Below, in pieces: positions 15,716-25,233 of a DNA stretch of 32,000 nucleotides. The position numbers and the translations under genes were made by a program. A model generated the notes under the pieces. The model ran no database searches. It was not told the origin of the DNA and worked only from the letters and a program-made list of their open reading frames with translations. This DNA is from an uncultured Candidatus Saccharibacteria bacterium. Lineage in GTDB: Bacteria > Patescibacteriota > UBA1384 > XYA2-FULL-43-10 > 1-14-0-10-43-13. The stretch lies in the NCBI GenBank assembly GCA_964543385.1, contig CAZIYE010000001.1, forward strand, positions 210,001 through 242,000, given 5' to 3'. The first letter of the stretch is position 1. Every line of letters begins with the position of its first letter.

Positions 15716-16515
15716 TTCAACAAATAAAAAAATTTCTTAAAATCAATATGATCATTTTTCGAAATGCTTATATTAGAGATTCCAAAATACCTGGATTGGT
15801 CGCTACCAATATCATTATACAGCTCTTGGACATATCTATCTCCCTCATTTTTTTTGACATTGTTTTTGCCAACACCAAAACTCTGGCAGGTTGGAATCTC
15901 TACCAAGTCATATTTCTATACGCTTTTATTAAATTCATCGCCAGTCTACAAAGCGCATGGACAAAAAAGGGGTTGAAGTCTTTAGCAGTTGAATTAGTGA
16001 GGTTGGGCGATTATGACTTCTTCGCAACAAAGCCATTTGACTCAATGCTTCTGGTATCAATCAGCAAGCCAAGACTTTATTCTTTTATCGCCCTAATTTT
16101 TGAAGTAGGACTGATGATATATGCAGCGTCAAGATCCGGTATTAATATGGGGGCAGAAAATATTTTTTGGTTCTTATTTTTAACTATTTTCAGTATTACT
16201 CTTTTTTACTTCCTAAGCGTTATTACTGTTGTTCCAGCTTTCTGGACAACTAGGCTTTATTCACTCACCGATTTTATGAACAGAGCAATTCAGTTCGCCA
16301 AATATCCAAGCGGAGTTTTTCCCAATCTGTTAAGGACACTGCTCTCGACAGCATTTCCTATTATTATTGTCTCTTATTTTCCTGTCAGGACGCTCTTTTA
16401 TCCACCCCAAATTAGCTATATTATATATATGGTGCTAATCACTTTTCTGTTCGGCTTTGTTGCTAGAAAGTTATGGAGATCAGGCGAAAAAAACTACGGT
16501 AGTGCCTCAAGTTAA
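15712..16515 (+). CDS. ABC-2 type transporter permease (second subunit)
   Basis: Hydrophobic 267-aa protein in the same operon as the ATPase. Confidence 0.85.
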   Translation: MIQQIKKFLKINMIIFRNAYIRDSKIPGLVATNIIIQLLDISISLIFFDIVFANTKTLAGWNLYQVIFLYAFIKFIASLQSAWTKKGLKSLAVELVRLGDYDFFATKPFDSMLLVSISKPRLYSFIALIFEVGLMIYAASRSGINMGAENIFWFLFLTIFSITLFYFLSVITVVPAFWTTRLYSLTDFMNRAIQFAKYPSGVFPNLLRTLLSTAFPIIIVSYFPVRTLFYPPQISYIIYMVLITFLFGFVARKLWRSGEKNYGSASS

Positions 16516-16524
16516 TTTAAAAAT

Positions 16525-17481
16525 ATGAATATTATATCTGCAAAAAATATCTTTAAGGGATTTACTAAATCAAGTTTTAACTGGAAAAATTTTCATTTTG
16601 ATAAATCTGAGACTTTTGCAGTCAGTGATCTTAGTCTTGAAATTAAAGAAGGTGAATTTGTTGGATTCCTTGGACCAAACGGTGCCGGCAAAACCACTTT
16701 TCTAAAAATGCTCTCTGGTATCATTTACCCAACTTCCGGAGAAGCGCAAGTTTTGGGTTTCACACCGTGGGAACGTAACTTTGATTTCCTGCGTCAAATT
16801 GCTATTGTTATGGGCCAAAAAAATCAGCTTTGGTGGGATTTGCCAGCGATTGATTCGTATAAAATGCTGAAAGAAGTTTATGACATCGATGATAAGAGAT
16901 TCAAACAGAATCTAGACTATATGGTTGATTCTCTTAACATGCGCGATCTTTTGACAAAGAGGCTTCGCAATATGTCTCTAGGAGAAAGGATGAAATGTGA
17001 GCTAGTCGCCTGTTTTCTTCATGATCCAAAGGTTATTTTTCTAGATGAACCGACTATTGGCTTGGATGTTGTTTCTGGTCAAGCAATCAGAACATTTCTC
17101 AAAAATATAAACAAAGAAAAGAAATGTACCATTATTTTGACAAGTCATTATATGGCCGACGTTGATGAACTATGTAAACGTGTTGTTATTATAAATAAGG
17201 GTAAAAAAATTTACGACGGTGATCTGGAAAAATTAAAGACCAAATACGCCCCTGAGAAAAAAATACAGATCTTTCTCTCCTGCCTTGAAGATAGAGAAAA
17301 ATTTGCCCGCATACCTATCAAACAGAAAAAAATTTGGGATGGAAATGGCATTATAACCGTACCGAAAAATAAACTTGGAGATGTAGTGACACAAGTATTT
17401 GATATATTCCCAGCCGAAAATATCACGATCTCCGATCCAGATACGGAAGAAGTTATCAGCAAGATATTTTTAGAAAAGTAA
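16525..17481 (+). CDS. ABC transporter ATP-binding protein
   Basis: Walker A GPNGAGKTT, signature MSLGERMK, Walker B VIFLDEPTIGLD. Confidence 0.96.
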   Translation: MNIISAKNIFKGFTKSSFNWKNFHFDKSETFAVSDLSLEIKEGEFVGFLGPNGAGKTTFLKMLSGIIYPTSGEAQVLGFTPWERNFDFLRQIAIVMGQKNQLWWDLPAIDSYKMLKEVYDIDDKRFKQNLDYMVDSLNMRDLLTKRLRNMSLGERMKCELVACFLHDPKVIFLDEPTIGLDVVSGQAIRTFLKNINKEKKCTIILTSHYMADVDELCKRVVIINKGKKIYDGDLEKLKTKYAPEKKIQIFLSCLEDREKFARIPIKQKKIWDGNGIITVPKNKLGDVVTQVFDIFPAENITISDPDTEEVISKIFLEK

Positions 17482-17551
17482 TAGTTTTAACTAAAGCACA
17501 TTACATTCTTAACAAATTACATTTTTTATAGTAAGGTTTTTATGTAATTAT

Positions 17552-17627
17552 CGGGGTGTAGCGTAGTTGGTAGCGCGCATGGCTGGGGGTCATGAGGTCG
17601 TGGGTTCGAGTCCCGCCACCCCGACCA
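17552..17627 (+). tRNA. tRNA-Pro (anticodon GGG)
   Basis: CGGGGTGTAGCGTAGTTGGTAGCGCGCATGGCTGGGGGTCATGAGGTCGTGGGTTCGAGTCCCGCCACCCCGACCA. Confidence 0.92.
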
Positions 17628-17691
17628 ATAAAAATATCATTTTAATAAATAGTATTTGACCATTAGCCCTATTTTCGTCTAAAATAATAAC

Positions 17692-18879
17692 ATGAAAATA
17701 ATATTAGCAACTGAAAGTTTTCTCCCAAACGTCTCCGGCGTTGCCGTCGCCACTGAAAATCTTGCGAACAATCTAACTGCTGCCGGACACGAAGTCTACG
17801 TCTTTTGTCCTAGCCGAAATTTCGAATCTCACGTAGATAAGGAATTCAAAAAATACCAAGTTGTCCGATTGAAATCTATAATAAATCCTTTCCGCAAGGG
17901 ATTTAGAATCACTGCAGCATCAAACAAAGAAATGCTAGATAGGGTTAGTGAAATTGCTCCCGATCTTATACATCTTCAGGATCCAGCAGCCATTGGCACA
18001 GGTTTGCGTGACGCCGGTAGAAAACTTGGAATACCGATAGTTATCACCAACCATTTCAGTCTGGAGTATGCTTTGTCCTACGTTCGTTTCCTAGGAATAA
18101 TGATTCCGATTGCAAAAAATACGCTAGTAAAATATTTGGTTAATTTCTACAATAAATGTGATTATGTAGTAACCCCTACTGAGACATTCGCAAAGCAAGT
18201 AAGAAGCTGGGGCGTCACTTCTCCGGTCAAGGCAGTATCTAATGGTATTCTTTTTGACCGTTTCCAAAAGAAATTCACTAAGCAGGATATTGAAAAATTT
18301 CGCGAGAAATATCACCTTCCAAATAACCCTTCGGTATTATACCTCGGTAGAGTCGATAAAGATAAAAGTATTGACGTTTTAGTAAATGCTGCAAAACAGG
18401 TTACCGATAAAGTTAATGCTCACTTCATTATTGCCGGATCTGGCGACGAAATTGATAATATTATAGCGATGACAGAAAATCTTGGGATTCGTAATTTCTT
18501 TACATTTCTAGGAAGAATAGATCACGAGAGTGATGACTTTCTTGAAATTTATAAGTCATCTGCCCTATTTGCGATTCCCTCTACTATAGAAACACAAAGC
18601 CTGGTCACCCTAGAAGCAATGTCGTGCAGTCTCCCAGTAGTTGCGGCAGATGCAAATGCATTGCCGGAGCTCGTTAAGACAAAGCTAAATGGCTATCTAT
18701 TTACACCGTCAGACCATAAAGAGATGGCTGACCATATTATAAAAATAATTCAGAATAAAAAATTAGCCCAGAAAATGGGACAAAATTCTGCTCATATCGC
18801 TTCCGACCATGAAATGTCGCTAGCCTTCGGACATATGCTTGATTTATATAACAATGCTATTTTGGAAAAAAGAAACTGA
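17692..18879 (+). CDS. Glycosyltransferase family 4
   Basis: TESFLPNVSGVAVATENLANNLTAAGHEVYVF, ADANALPELVKTKLNGYLF, LYLGRVDKDKSIDVLVNA. Confidence 0.92.
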   Translation: MKIILATESFLPNVSGVAVATENLANNLTAAGHEVYVFCPSRNFESHVDKEFKKYQVVRLKSIINPFRKGFRITAASNKEMLDRVSEIAPDLIHLQDPAAIGTGLRDAGRKLGIPIVITNHFSLEYALSYVRFLGIMIPIAKNTLVKYLVNFYNKCDYVVTPTETFAKQVRSWGVTSPVKAVSNGILFDRFQKKFTKQDIEKFREKYHLPNNPSVLYLGRVDKDKSIDVLVNAAKQVTDKVNAHFIIAGSGDEIDNIIAMTENLGIRNFFTFLGRIDHESDDFLEIYKSSALFAIPSTIETQSLVTLEAMSCSLPVVAADANALPELVKTKLNGYLFTPSDHKEMADHIIKIIQNKKLAQKMGQNSAHIASDHEMSLAFGHMLDLYNNAILEKRN

Positions 18880-18888
18880 ACTAAAAAA

Positions 18889-19047
18889 GCTCTGCTCAGG
18901 GTAAATTGGTCTTTTAGAGACAAGTGGGTGACCTCACGTTCTAACCACAGTCAGAACAAATATTAGTCCGAGTCTCGGCTCTGTAAAAACAGAGACGGAT
19001 CCCTTAGTAACAAAAGTGATAGCCCAATTTATGACCCAAGACAGAGC
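18889..19047 (+). ncRNA. Candidate structured non-coding RNA of about 160 nt
   Basis: Long-range helices GCTCTG (18889-18894)/CAGAGC (19042-19047), GGGT/ACCC and AAATTGG/CCAATTT, enclosing several local hairpins in a non-coding gap. Confidence 0.4.
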
Positions 19048-19199
19048 CAAATCCATAATATAACAAAAGAACCTTAATTAAAATCGTAGATATCAACAGG
19101 GTTATTTTTTTTAATAAATTGCAAAAGGCAAACAACAAAACACTTCTTTGATAAATCTTGCAATCGCTGGTATAATTACAGTTAAACAAGAATATTATA

Positions 19200-21392
19200 A
19201 TGAATAAACCCCAACTTTTTGTTAAATCAGCCTGCCTGATTACCCAGGAAAAGTTAGATAGAAGAGAACTCGCTTGTGGAAAATTTCAGAGCGAGCTAAC
19301 ATCTGACAATTTTTTATTTTATCTTATAGAATTGAATTTTTGCTACCCGAACTCAAAAGTTGTAAAAAAGATTACGCAGATTATAGAGAACAATTGCAAA
19401 ACATCTGGCGATACCATATCAGAAGAAATATTTGAGAAAATTCTTCAAAATATAAATGAAGGACTTGGACGATTATCCGAATCAGGCGAGAATGCTTGGC
19501 TCGGTAATTTAAATGCAATTATTGGCCTGATAGACGGAAAAAATCTATTGATGGCACAGACAGGGAACACTACCGGCTACATATTCCGCAAAAATAAAAT
19601 ATCATCAATAAACGAGAAAAATACCAATACTAGTTTTCATCCGCTAAAGACCTTCATAGATATTACTACAGGTCAGCTCACAAACGAAGATAGATTAATT
19701 TTTGGTAACACCGATCTTCTATCAAGAATATCCCTAGATCGAATAAGAACTATTATAAAAAATGATAACTATCAAGAAGAAACGTTAGAACTATATAGAT
19801 ATCTCAGAAAGAATAAGTCGTTTGATGTAAATGCAGTCTTTATAGGTGTTTCCGATCAAGAAATAAAAGAATTATCCGAAGGATTCAAAGATATTTTGCC
19901 TATCGACGCTCCCGACGAAACCATAAAAAATTTCATTGATAAAATCGTCATCCCTAGCTGGAAGGTTATTTCCTCCGCTACACTATCATCTTCAAAATTT
20001 ATTTTTAATCATTCTAAAAAAGCATTATCCAAGTCACATAGCTATTGGAAAGAAAACCTAGGACCAAGATCTAAAGAGATTATATCAGTTGGAAGTAAAT
20101 CGCTTGCAGGAAATATTTCAAAGATTACAACTAAATTTCCGAATATCCAAGAATTATCATCTTCCAAAAATCTGCCCAAGATAAAGATGAAAACCAATTC
20201 ATATCTCAGTTCAAAGACTAAAAACAAACTATTATCAGCCTTGCAAATACTATGGCAATATACCAAAAATCTTAAATTTTTGTTTTTGAAAAAAAATAGG
20301 AAGTATCTTTATGCAATCCTGATTCTGATATTTCTATCGTTTGGATATATAAAATTAAAACAGAATAACGATAAAAAGTCTGAAAAAGTAAAACAAGTGC
20401 AACTTCTTAATTCCTATGACAAAGCCAATGATGATTTTGCCAAAATTAGAGAAGATATTGCTCTCGGAAAAGATATTGGCAACGAGAAAATTTACGAGAC
20501 TTTGGCGATGGCCGAACGTGCTAAAGAAACTCCAGCAAATGCAGAGAAAGCAGAGAAGCTTGTCAAAGAAATAAAATTATTAGTAGACGAAAAAACTAAA
20601 ACAATTAGATTCTATCCTGAAAAATCCAGCATTTTTGCCGATAAGACACAGTCTATCTCCCTGCTCGGGAATGTAATTTATGGAATAAATGAAGATGGTA
20701 AAGTTTATTCTTTAGATACTAGGGAGAAAAATAGTGCTCTTATAGCCTCTCTCAACAAAGACGCGGGGATACCTATAGCTACAACAATCTCCGGTCAAGG
20801 CAACAAACTGCTTATCACCACCTCTGAGAAACGACTTTTTGCTATGGATATTTCCTCAAAAACAATTGAGGAATCGAAAATTAATGCAGATCCGAACACG
20901 TGGTCTCAGTCGAACGCAATAGCCGCTTATTCATCAAATATTTATCTCCTGGCTTCCGATAACGGCGTTATATGGAAACACACCACAAAAGAGGGAGGAT
21001 ATTCCAAGGGACTCTCATATGTGGACACTAAAAAGATTAGCATCCTTGGATCAGTTGATTTCTCAGTTGATGGCAATATTTATGTCCTTACAAACGAGGG
21101 GTCCGTTGTAAAATTTGTTAAAGGGTCACCAGAATCTGATTTCTCTATCAAAAATATTCCCTTGCCAAATGATAAAATACTAATTCCAAAAAAGATTTTT
21201 ACCGACGAGGATACAAACAGTATCTTTGTCTTAGACAAAAAATTAGATCGAATTATCAAATTTGATAAGTCTGGTGATTTCAGTAACCAATACCTGCTTG
21301 ATGGCAAACCAATAGATAGCTTTGTTGTGAACGCAAAATTACAAAAAATATGGATTCTTTCACAGGGCAAGGTCTACGAAGGAAATCTTTAG
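19200..21392 (+). CDS. PP2C-like N-terminal domain, TM helix, C-terminal beta-propeller-like extracellular domain
   Basis: GNLNAIIGLIDGKNLLMAQTGNTTGYIFR...LTNEDRLIFGNTDLL is PP2C-like; a TM (YLYAILILIFLSFGYIKL) lies mid-protein; repeated bladed motifs follow. Confidence 0.7.
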   Translation: MNKPQLFVKSACLITQEKLDRRELACGKFQSELTSDNFLFYLIELNFCYPNSKVVKKITQIIENNCKTSGDTISEEIFEKILQNINEGLGRLSESGENAWLGNLNAIIGLIDGKNLLMAQTGNTTGYIFRKNKISSINEKNTNTSFHPLKTFIDITTGQLTNEDRLIFGNTDLLSRISLDRIRTIIKNDNYQEETLELYRYLRKNKSFDVNAVFIGVSDQEIKELSEGFKDILPIDAPDETIKNFIDKIVIPSWKVISSATLSSSKFIFNHSKKALSKSHSYWKENLGPRSKEIISVGSKSLAGNISKITTKFPNIQELSSSKNLPKIKMKTNSYLSSKTKNKLLSALQILWQYTKNLKFLFLKKNRKYLYAILILIFLSFGYIKLKQNNDKKSEKVKQVQLLNSYDKANDDFAKIREDIALGKDIGNEKIYETLAMAERAKETPANAEKAEKLVKEIKLLVDEKTKTIRFYPEKSSIFADKTQSISLLGNVIYGINEDGKVYSLDTREKNSALIASLNKDAGIPIATTISGQGNKLLITTSEKRLFAMDISSKTIEESKINADPNTWSQSNAIAAYSSNIYLLASDNGVIWKHTTKEGGYSKGLSYVDTKKISILGSVDFSVDGNIYVLTNEGSVVKFVKGSPESDFSIKNIPLPNDKILIPKKIFTDEDTNSIFVLDKKLDRIIKFDKSGDFSNQYLLDGKPIDSFVVNAKLQKIWILSQGKVYEGNL

Positions 21393-21422
21393 TATAATAA
21401 ACATCGGTTACGTGACATAAAA

Positions 21423-22034
21423 TGACTATACACTTTAAAAAAAAAGATCAAGCCTTTTCTGATCACTGCTATAGTGCTATTAACTATTTATGTCTTGTTT
21501 TGCTATTTCGGAAACCGCAATATTCTCATGCCAAGTCAGTCATCAGACAACTACAACCTACCTCCTCTTGTCGAGGGAACAATCAATAATGCGTTTATCT
21601 CTTTAACTTTCCAGGACTCTACTGATAAAAAAACAGCCAACGAGATTATTGCCGAGTATAGCAAAAGTTACTCTTTCAAAACCGGATTTTTTCAGGATAG
21701 GTCTTGCGATCTATATATTATTCCAAAAACAAATGCACAGTCAGATATTGCTTTTTTGGAGAAGAAATTAAACTTTTATCTCATCGAGGATGGATCACAT
21801 GTTAATCTCAAGAGCAAAGAGATCAGTCAAAGCATTCACGCTGTAATTGATGGCTCGACTTGTGACGAGGTGAAAAATAGATTAGATGCTTTCAATTATG
21901 AGCTATATGATAGCTATTTTACGCCGATATATAGCAACATCGAGGTTCCCAATATTAAAGTCAAAAAAGAGTTGCTAAAAATAATGCAACGCGACTCTCG
22001 ATTCCAAAAAGCAGAATTTGATTATCCTGTATAA
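21423..22034 (+). CDS. Small membrane-anchored hypothetical protein
   Basis: The track ORF at 21474 (GTG) is in frame with an upstream ATG at 21423 (MTIHFKKKIKPFLITAIVLLTIYVLFCYFGNR...). One TM. Confidence 0.6.
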
Positions 22035-22071
22035 CTTAGAGCTATCGTAAAATGTTTGGCAGCTAGAATAT

Positions 22072-22105
22072 AAAAAATACTCCGTTAACCATTGGAGTAT
22101 TTTTT
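22072..22105. terminator. Bidirectional intrinsic terminator between convergent genes
   Basis: AAAAAATACTCCgttaaccattGGAGTATTTTTT. Confidence 0.85.
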
Positions 22106-22165
22106 ATTAGTTGCCTGTTATATATCAGTAAGGATATTGGTCTATAATGAAGTCATTATCATGTT

Positions 22166-23872
22166 TTACATCTTCTCCGGCGCTTCGATACCACAAATAT
22201 TAAGAGCATTTGCCAGGGCATATCTTGTAGCAAGAATGAGGGATAGACGAGCAGAAGTCAATTCTTTATCTTCCGATAACACCTTGCATGAATTATAAAA
22301 ATCATGGAATAGGCTAGCTAAATTATAGGAAAAGTGGGGGAGAGCCTGTATTTGGAAATTTTCAGCAGTTCCCGTCACAATTTCTGGAAATTTAATTATT
22401 TCCTTTATAAGTGCCAACTCCTTATCACTATTTAATAACTCTAAATTTGTCTTGTCCCTTAAAATCACTCCGGACTCCTCTGCCCTCTTCAAAATACTAC
22501 ATATCCTAGCATGAGCATATTTTATATAAAAAACCGGATTCTTCTCTGAAGTATCGGCTGCCAGATCTATGTCAAAATCAATTGGCGTATTATTATTTTG
22601 AGAAATAATAAAATATTTAAAAGCGTCAGGATGAACCCCTGCCTCTATCACAGCTCGCAATGTAACAAAGTTTCCAAGACGCTTGCCCATGCTGGTCGCT
22701 TCACCAGACTTTTTTAGTCTCACATATTGATACAAAACAATTTCTAAGTTTTTCGCGGGATAGCCGATAGCATCAAGCGCAGCTTTCATTCGAGGAATAT
22801 GACCAGAATGATTAGCACCCCAAACATCGATTAATTTCCCTTCTCTACCAACTTGATCAAATTTACCAAGATGATAAGCAATGTCATTTGTAAAATATGT
22901 TAGAGTTCTTTCCTCATCGCTTTTTACTAATACTGATTCAGTGTCTGACAGATCTATATCATCGGGACGTTTAAACCATAGAGCACCGTCTTTTTCCGCA
23001 ACTACTCCCCTGTCTTTCAATTCCGTGACCACTTTATTAGGTCGACCATTATTTAAAACTTCACTCTCTCTGGTCCACTTATCAAACTTGATTCCAACCA
23101 AAGCTACATCATTTTTAATATTCTCAATCATTATATCGAGACCTCTTTGTGCAAAAAATTCTATCCTTGCATCATTATTCGAAATCTTTTTAATTTCCTC
23201 AGTAAAACTTACTTGGATTATCTTCGATGTTTCTTCTATATATTCACCGGGGTAGCCACCATCTGGAAACTCAATATCTGGGTCCGTTTTGACTTCATAC
23301 CAATAATGCAATGACTTACCAAATTTGGTTATCTGTCCGCCAATATCATTAACATAAAATTCATCTGTGACTTCATATCCCAAGAACTTGAATAAATTAG
23401 ACAGCGCTAAGCCGATCGGGCCACTTCTGGCATTGCCAACATGCAAAGGACCTGTTGGATTAGCCGAAATATATTCTACATTTACTTTTTTCCCTTTGTT
23501 GATAGTACTCTTGCCATAGCTATCTTTTTCCCTTAAAACATTCTCCAATTCGGCAAAATAAATACCATTCTTGAGAAAAATATTAATAAACCCAGGACCA
23601 GCAATCTCAACTTTTTCAACATCAGGATCTTTTAATAATTCGGATTTGATTGATTTAGCAAGATCTCGAGGATTTTTATATGATTCAACACTTCCGTCGC
23701 CGACGTGAGAATCAGTAATTACTGAAACAGCACGGAAATGAGTCATTGCAACGTTAGTGGCAAAGTCCCCCATTTCCCTTTTTGGTGGCTGATCAATAAT
23801 AAAATTGACCAAGGCATCAATCCCAATATTTTTTAAGGCTATAGTAATTTTATCTTTAATCAATTGTTTCAT
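22166..23872 (-). CDS. argS: Arginyl-tRNA synthetase
   Basis: EYISANPTGPLHVGNARSGPIG, VWGANHSGHIPRMKAAL, YVRLKKSGEATSMGKRLGNFVTLR. Confidence 0.96.
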   Translation of the reverse strand: MKQLIKDKITIALKNIGIDALVNFIIDQPPKREMGDFATNVAMTHFRAVSVITDSHVGDGSVESYKNPRDLAKSIKSELLKDPDVEKVEIAGPGFINIFLKNGIYFAELENVLREKDSYGKSTINKGKKVNVEYISANPTGPLHVGNARSGPIGLALSNLFKFLGYEVTDEFYVNDIGGQITKFGKSLHYWYEVKTDPDIEFPDGGYPGEYIEETSKIIQVSFTEEIKKISNNDARIEFFAQRGLDIMIENIKNDVALVGIKFDKWTRESEVLNNGRPNKVVTELKDRGVVAEKDGALWFKRPDDIDLSDTESVLVKSDEERTLTYFTNDIAYHLGKFDQVGREGKLIDVWGANHSGHIPRMKAALDAIGYPAKNLEIVLYQYVRLKKSGEATSMGKRLGNFVTLRAVIEAGVHPDAFKYFIISQNNNTPIDFDIDLAADTSEKNPVFYIKYAHARICSILKRAEESGVILRDKTNLELLNSDKELALIKEIIKFPEIVTGTAENFQIQALPHFSYNLASLFHDFYNSCKVLSEDKELTSARLSLILATRYALANALNICGIEAPEKM

Positions 23873-23963
23873 CTTGTTGACTGATACTTAATATTATTTC
23901 TAGGCGCTTTCAAAGCTTCATGCGCTTGCAACCGTCGAAATAATATTAAGTATCATAAATAAC

Positions 23964-25133
23964 CTATTTAATCCTGTAAAACTTTCTTTTTCCAGCTTGG
24001 ATAACCAATCCTTTTCTCACCCCAATGACTGTCTTTGGATCAGTTATTTTTACTTCATCTATCTTGACTCCACCCTGCTCTATCAACCTTCTTGCTTCGC
24101 TACTAGAACCAACAGCGCTAAGATTTATAAGTAAAAGCGGTAATTCGTAATTACCCTCTGTGATTCTGATCTCTGGAATATCTGTTGGTAATTCTTTATT
24201 AGCAAACACATTAATAAATTCCTCTTTTGCCTTCTGAGCCCCACTTTCGGAGTGATACATACTAGTAATTTTACCAGCAAGATCTATCTTTATATCTCTA
24301 GGGTTGCCGCCTGCGGCAAGTTTTTCCTTAATGGCACTGATCTCTTTTTCAGATGAATCGGTCAAGAGTTCATAATATTCTAATATAAGTTCATCAGGAA
24401 TTGACATAACTTTACCGAACATACTATTTGCATCCTCTGTCAAACCAATATAGTTATCAGCCGATTTGCTCATTTTTACCTTGCCATCAAGACCAACAAG
24501 AAGTTTGGTAATAAAAACATCCTGAGGAACTTGGCCCATCTTCTTTTGCAACTCACGCCCAGCCAGCATATTGAATTTCTGATCATTGCCCCCAAATTCA
24601 ACGTCTGCCTTAAGTACAACTGAATCATAAGCCTGCATCAAGGGATATAATAACTCATGCAATCCAATATCATTATGGGCATCTAAACGTTTTACAAAAT
24701 CATCTCTCTCCAATATTTGAGCTACGGTGAATTTTCCAGTTATCTGCAAAATATCATTAAAATTCATTTTTGAAAACCACTCTGAGTTGTATCTAACTTC
24801 AGTTTTTTCAACATCAAGAATCTTTCCGACCTGCTCGAAATAAGACTTTGCATTATTCTTTATCTCAAGGTCAGACAGCACAGGTCTCGTAGCATTTCTA
24901 CCAGAAGGATCACCTATTTTTGTAGTATAATCGCCAATAAGAAAAATTATTGTGTGTCCCTCATCCTGAAGTTTTTTAAGCTTCCGAAGTTGAACTGTAT
25001 GCCCCAAATGAATATCTGGCCTTGTTGGATCGACACCATACTTTATTCTTAGCTTCCTATTTTTCAATTTTTCTCTCAGAGACTTCTCATCAATAATCTC
25101 GGCAATACCTTTTTGAAAAAAATCTTCGGTCAT
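23964..25133 (-). CDS. tyrS: Tyrosyl-tRNA synthetase
   Basis: KYGVDPTRPDIHLGHTVQLRKL, GDYTTKIGDPSG, KMSKSADN; C-terminal S4-like segment. Confidence 0.95.
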   Translation of the reverse strand: MTEDFFQKGIAEIIDEKSLREKLKNRKLRIKYGVDPTRPDIHLGHTVQLRKLKKLQDEGHTIIFLIGDYTTKIGDPSGRNATRPVLSDLEIKNNAKSYFEQVGKILDVEKTEVRYNSEWFSKMNFNDILQITGKFTVAQILERDDFVKRLDAHNDIGLHELLYPLMQAYDSVVLKADVEFGGNDQKFNMLAGRELQKKMGQVPQDVFITKLLVGLDGKVKMSKSADNYIGLTEDANSMFGKVMSIPDELILEYYELLTDSSEKEISAIKEKLAAGGNPRDIKIDLAGKITSMYHSESGAQKAKEEFINVFANKELPTDIPEIRITEGNYELPLLLINLSAVGSSSEARRLIEQGGVKIDEVKITDPKTVIGVRKGLVIQAGKRKFYRIK

Positions 25134-25233
25134 AAAACCTCACTATGTATGTTAAAAAAGACAGTTATTTGATATAATTTTCCTGTTTACATCCTATCAA
25201 TTTGAACATATAATGTAAAGAAAAGGTCCTTCG

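Noticed and set aside
18885-19050. Calling this RNA tmRNA, RNase P or SRP RNA
   Set aside because: No tRNA-like ends with CCA, no RNase P GAGGAAAGUCC-type core and no SRP GGAA/apical signature visible by eye.
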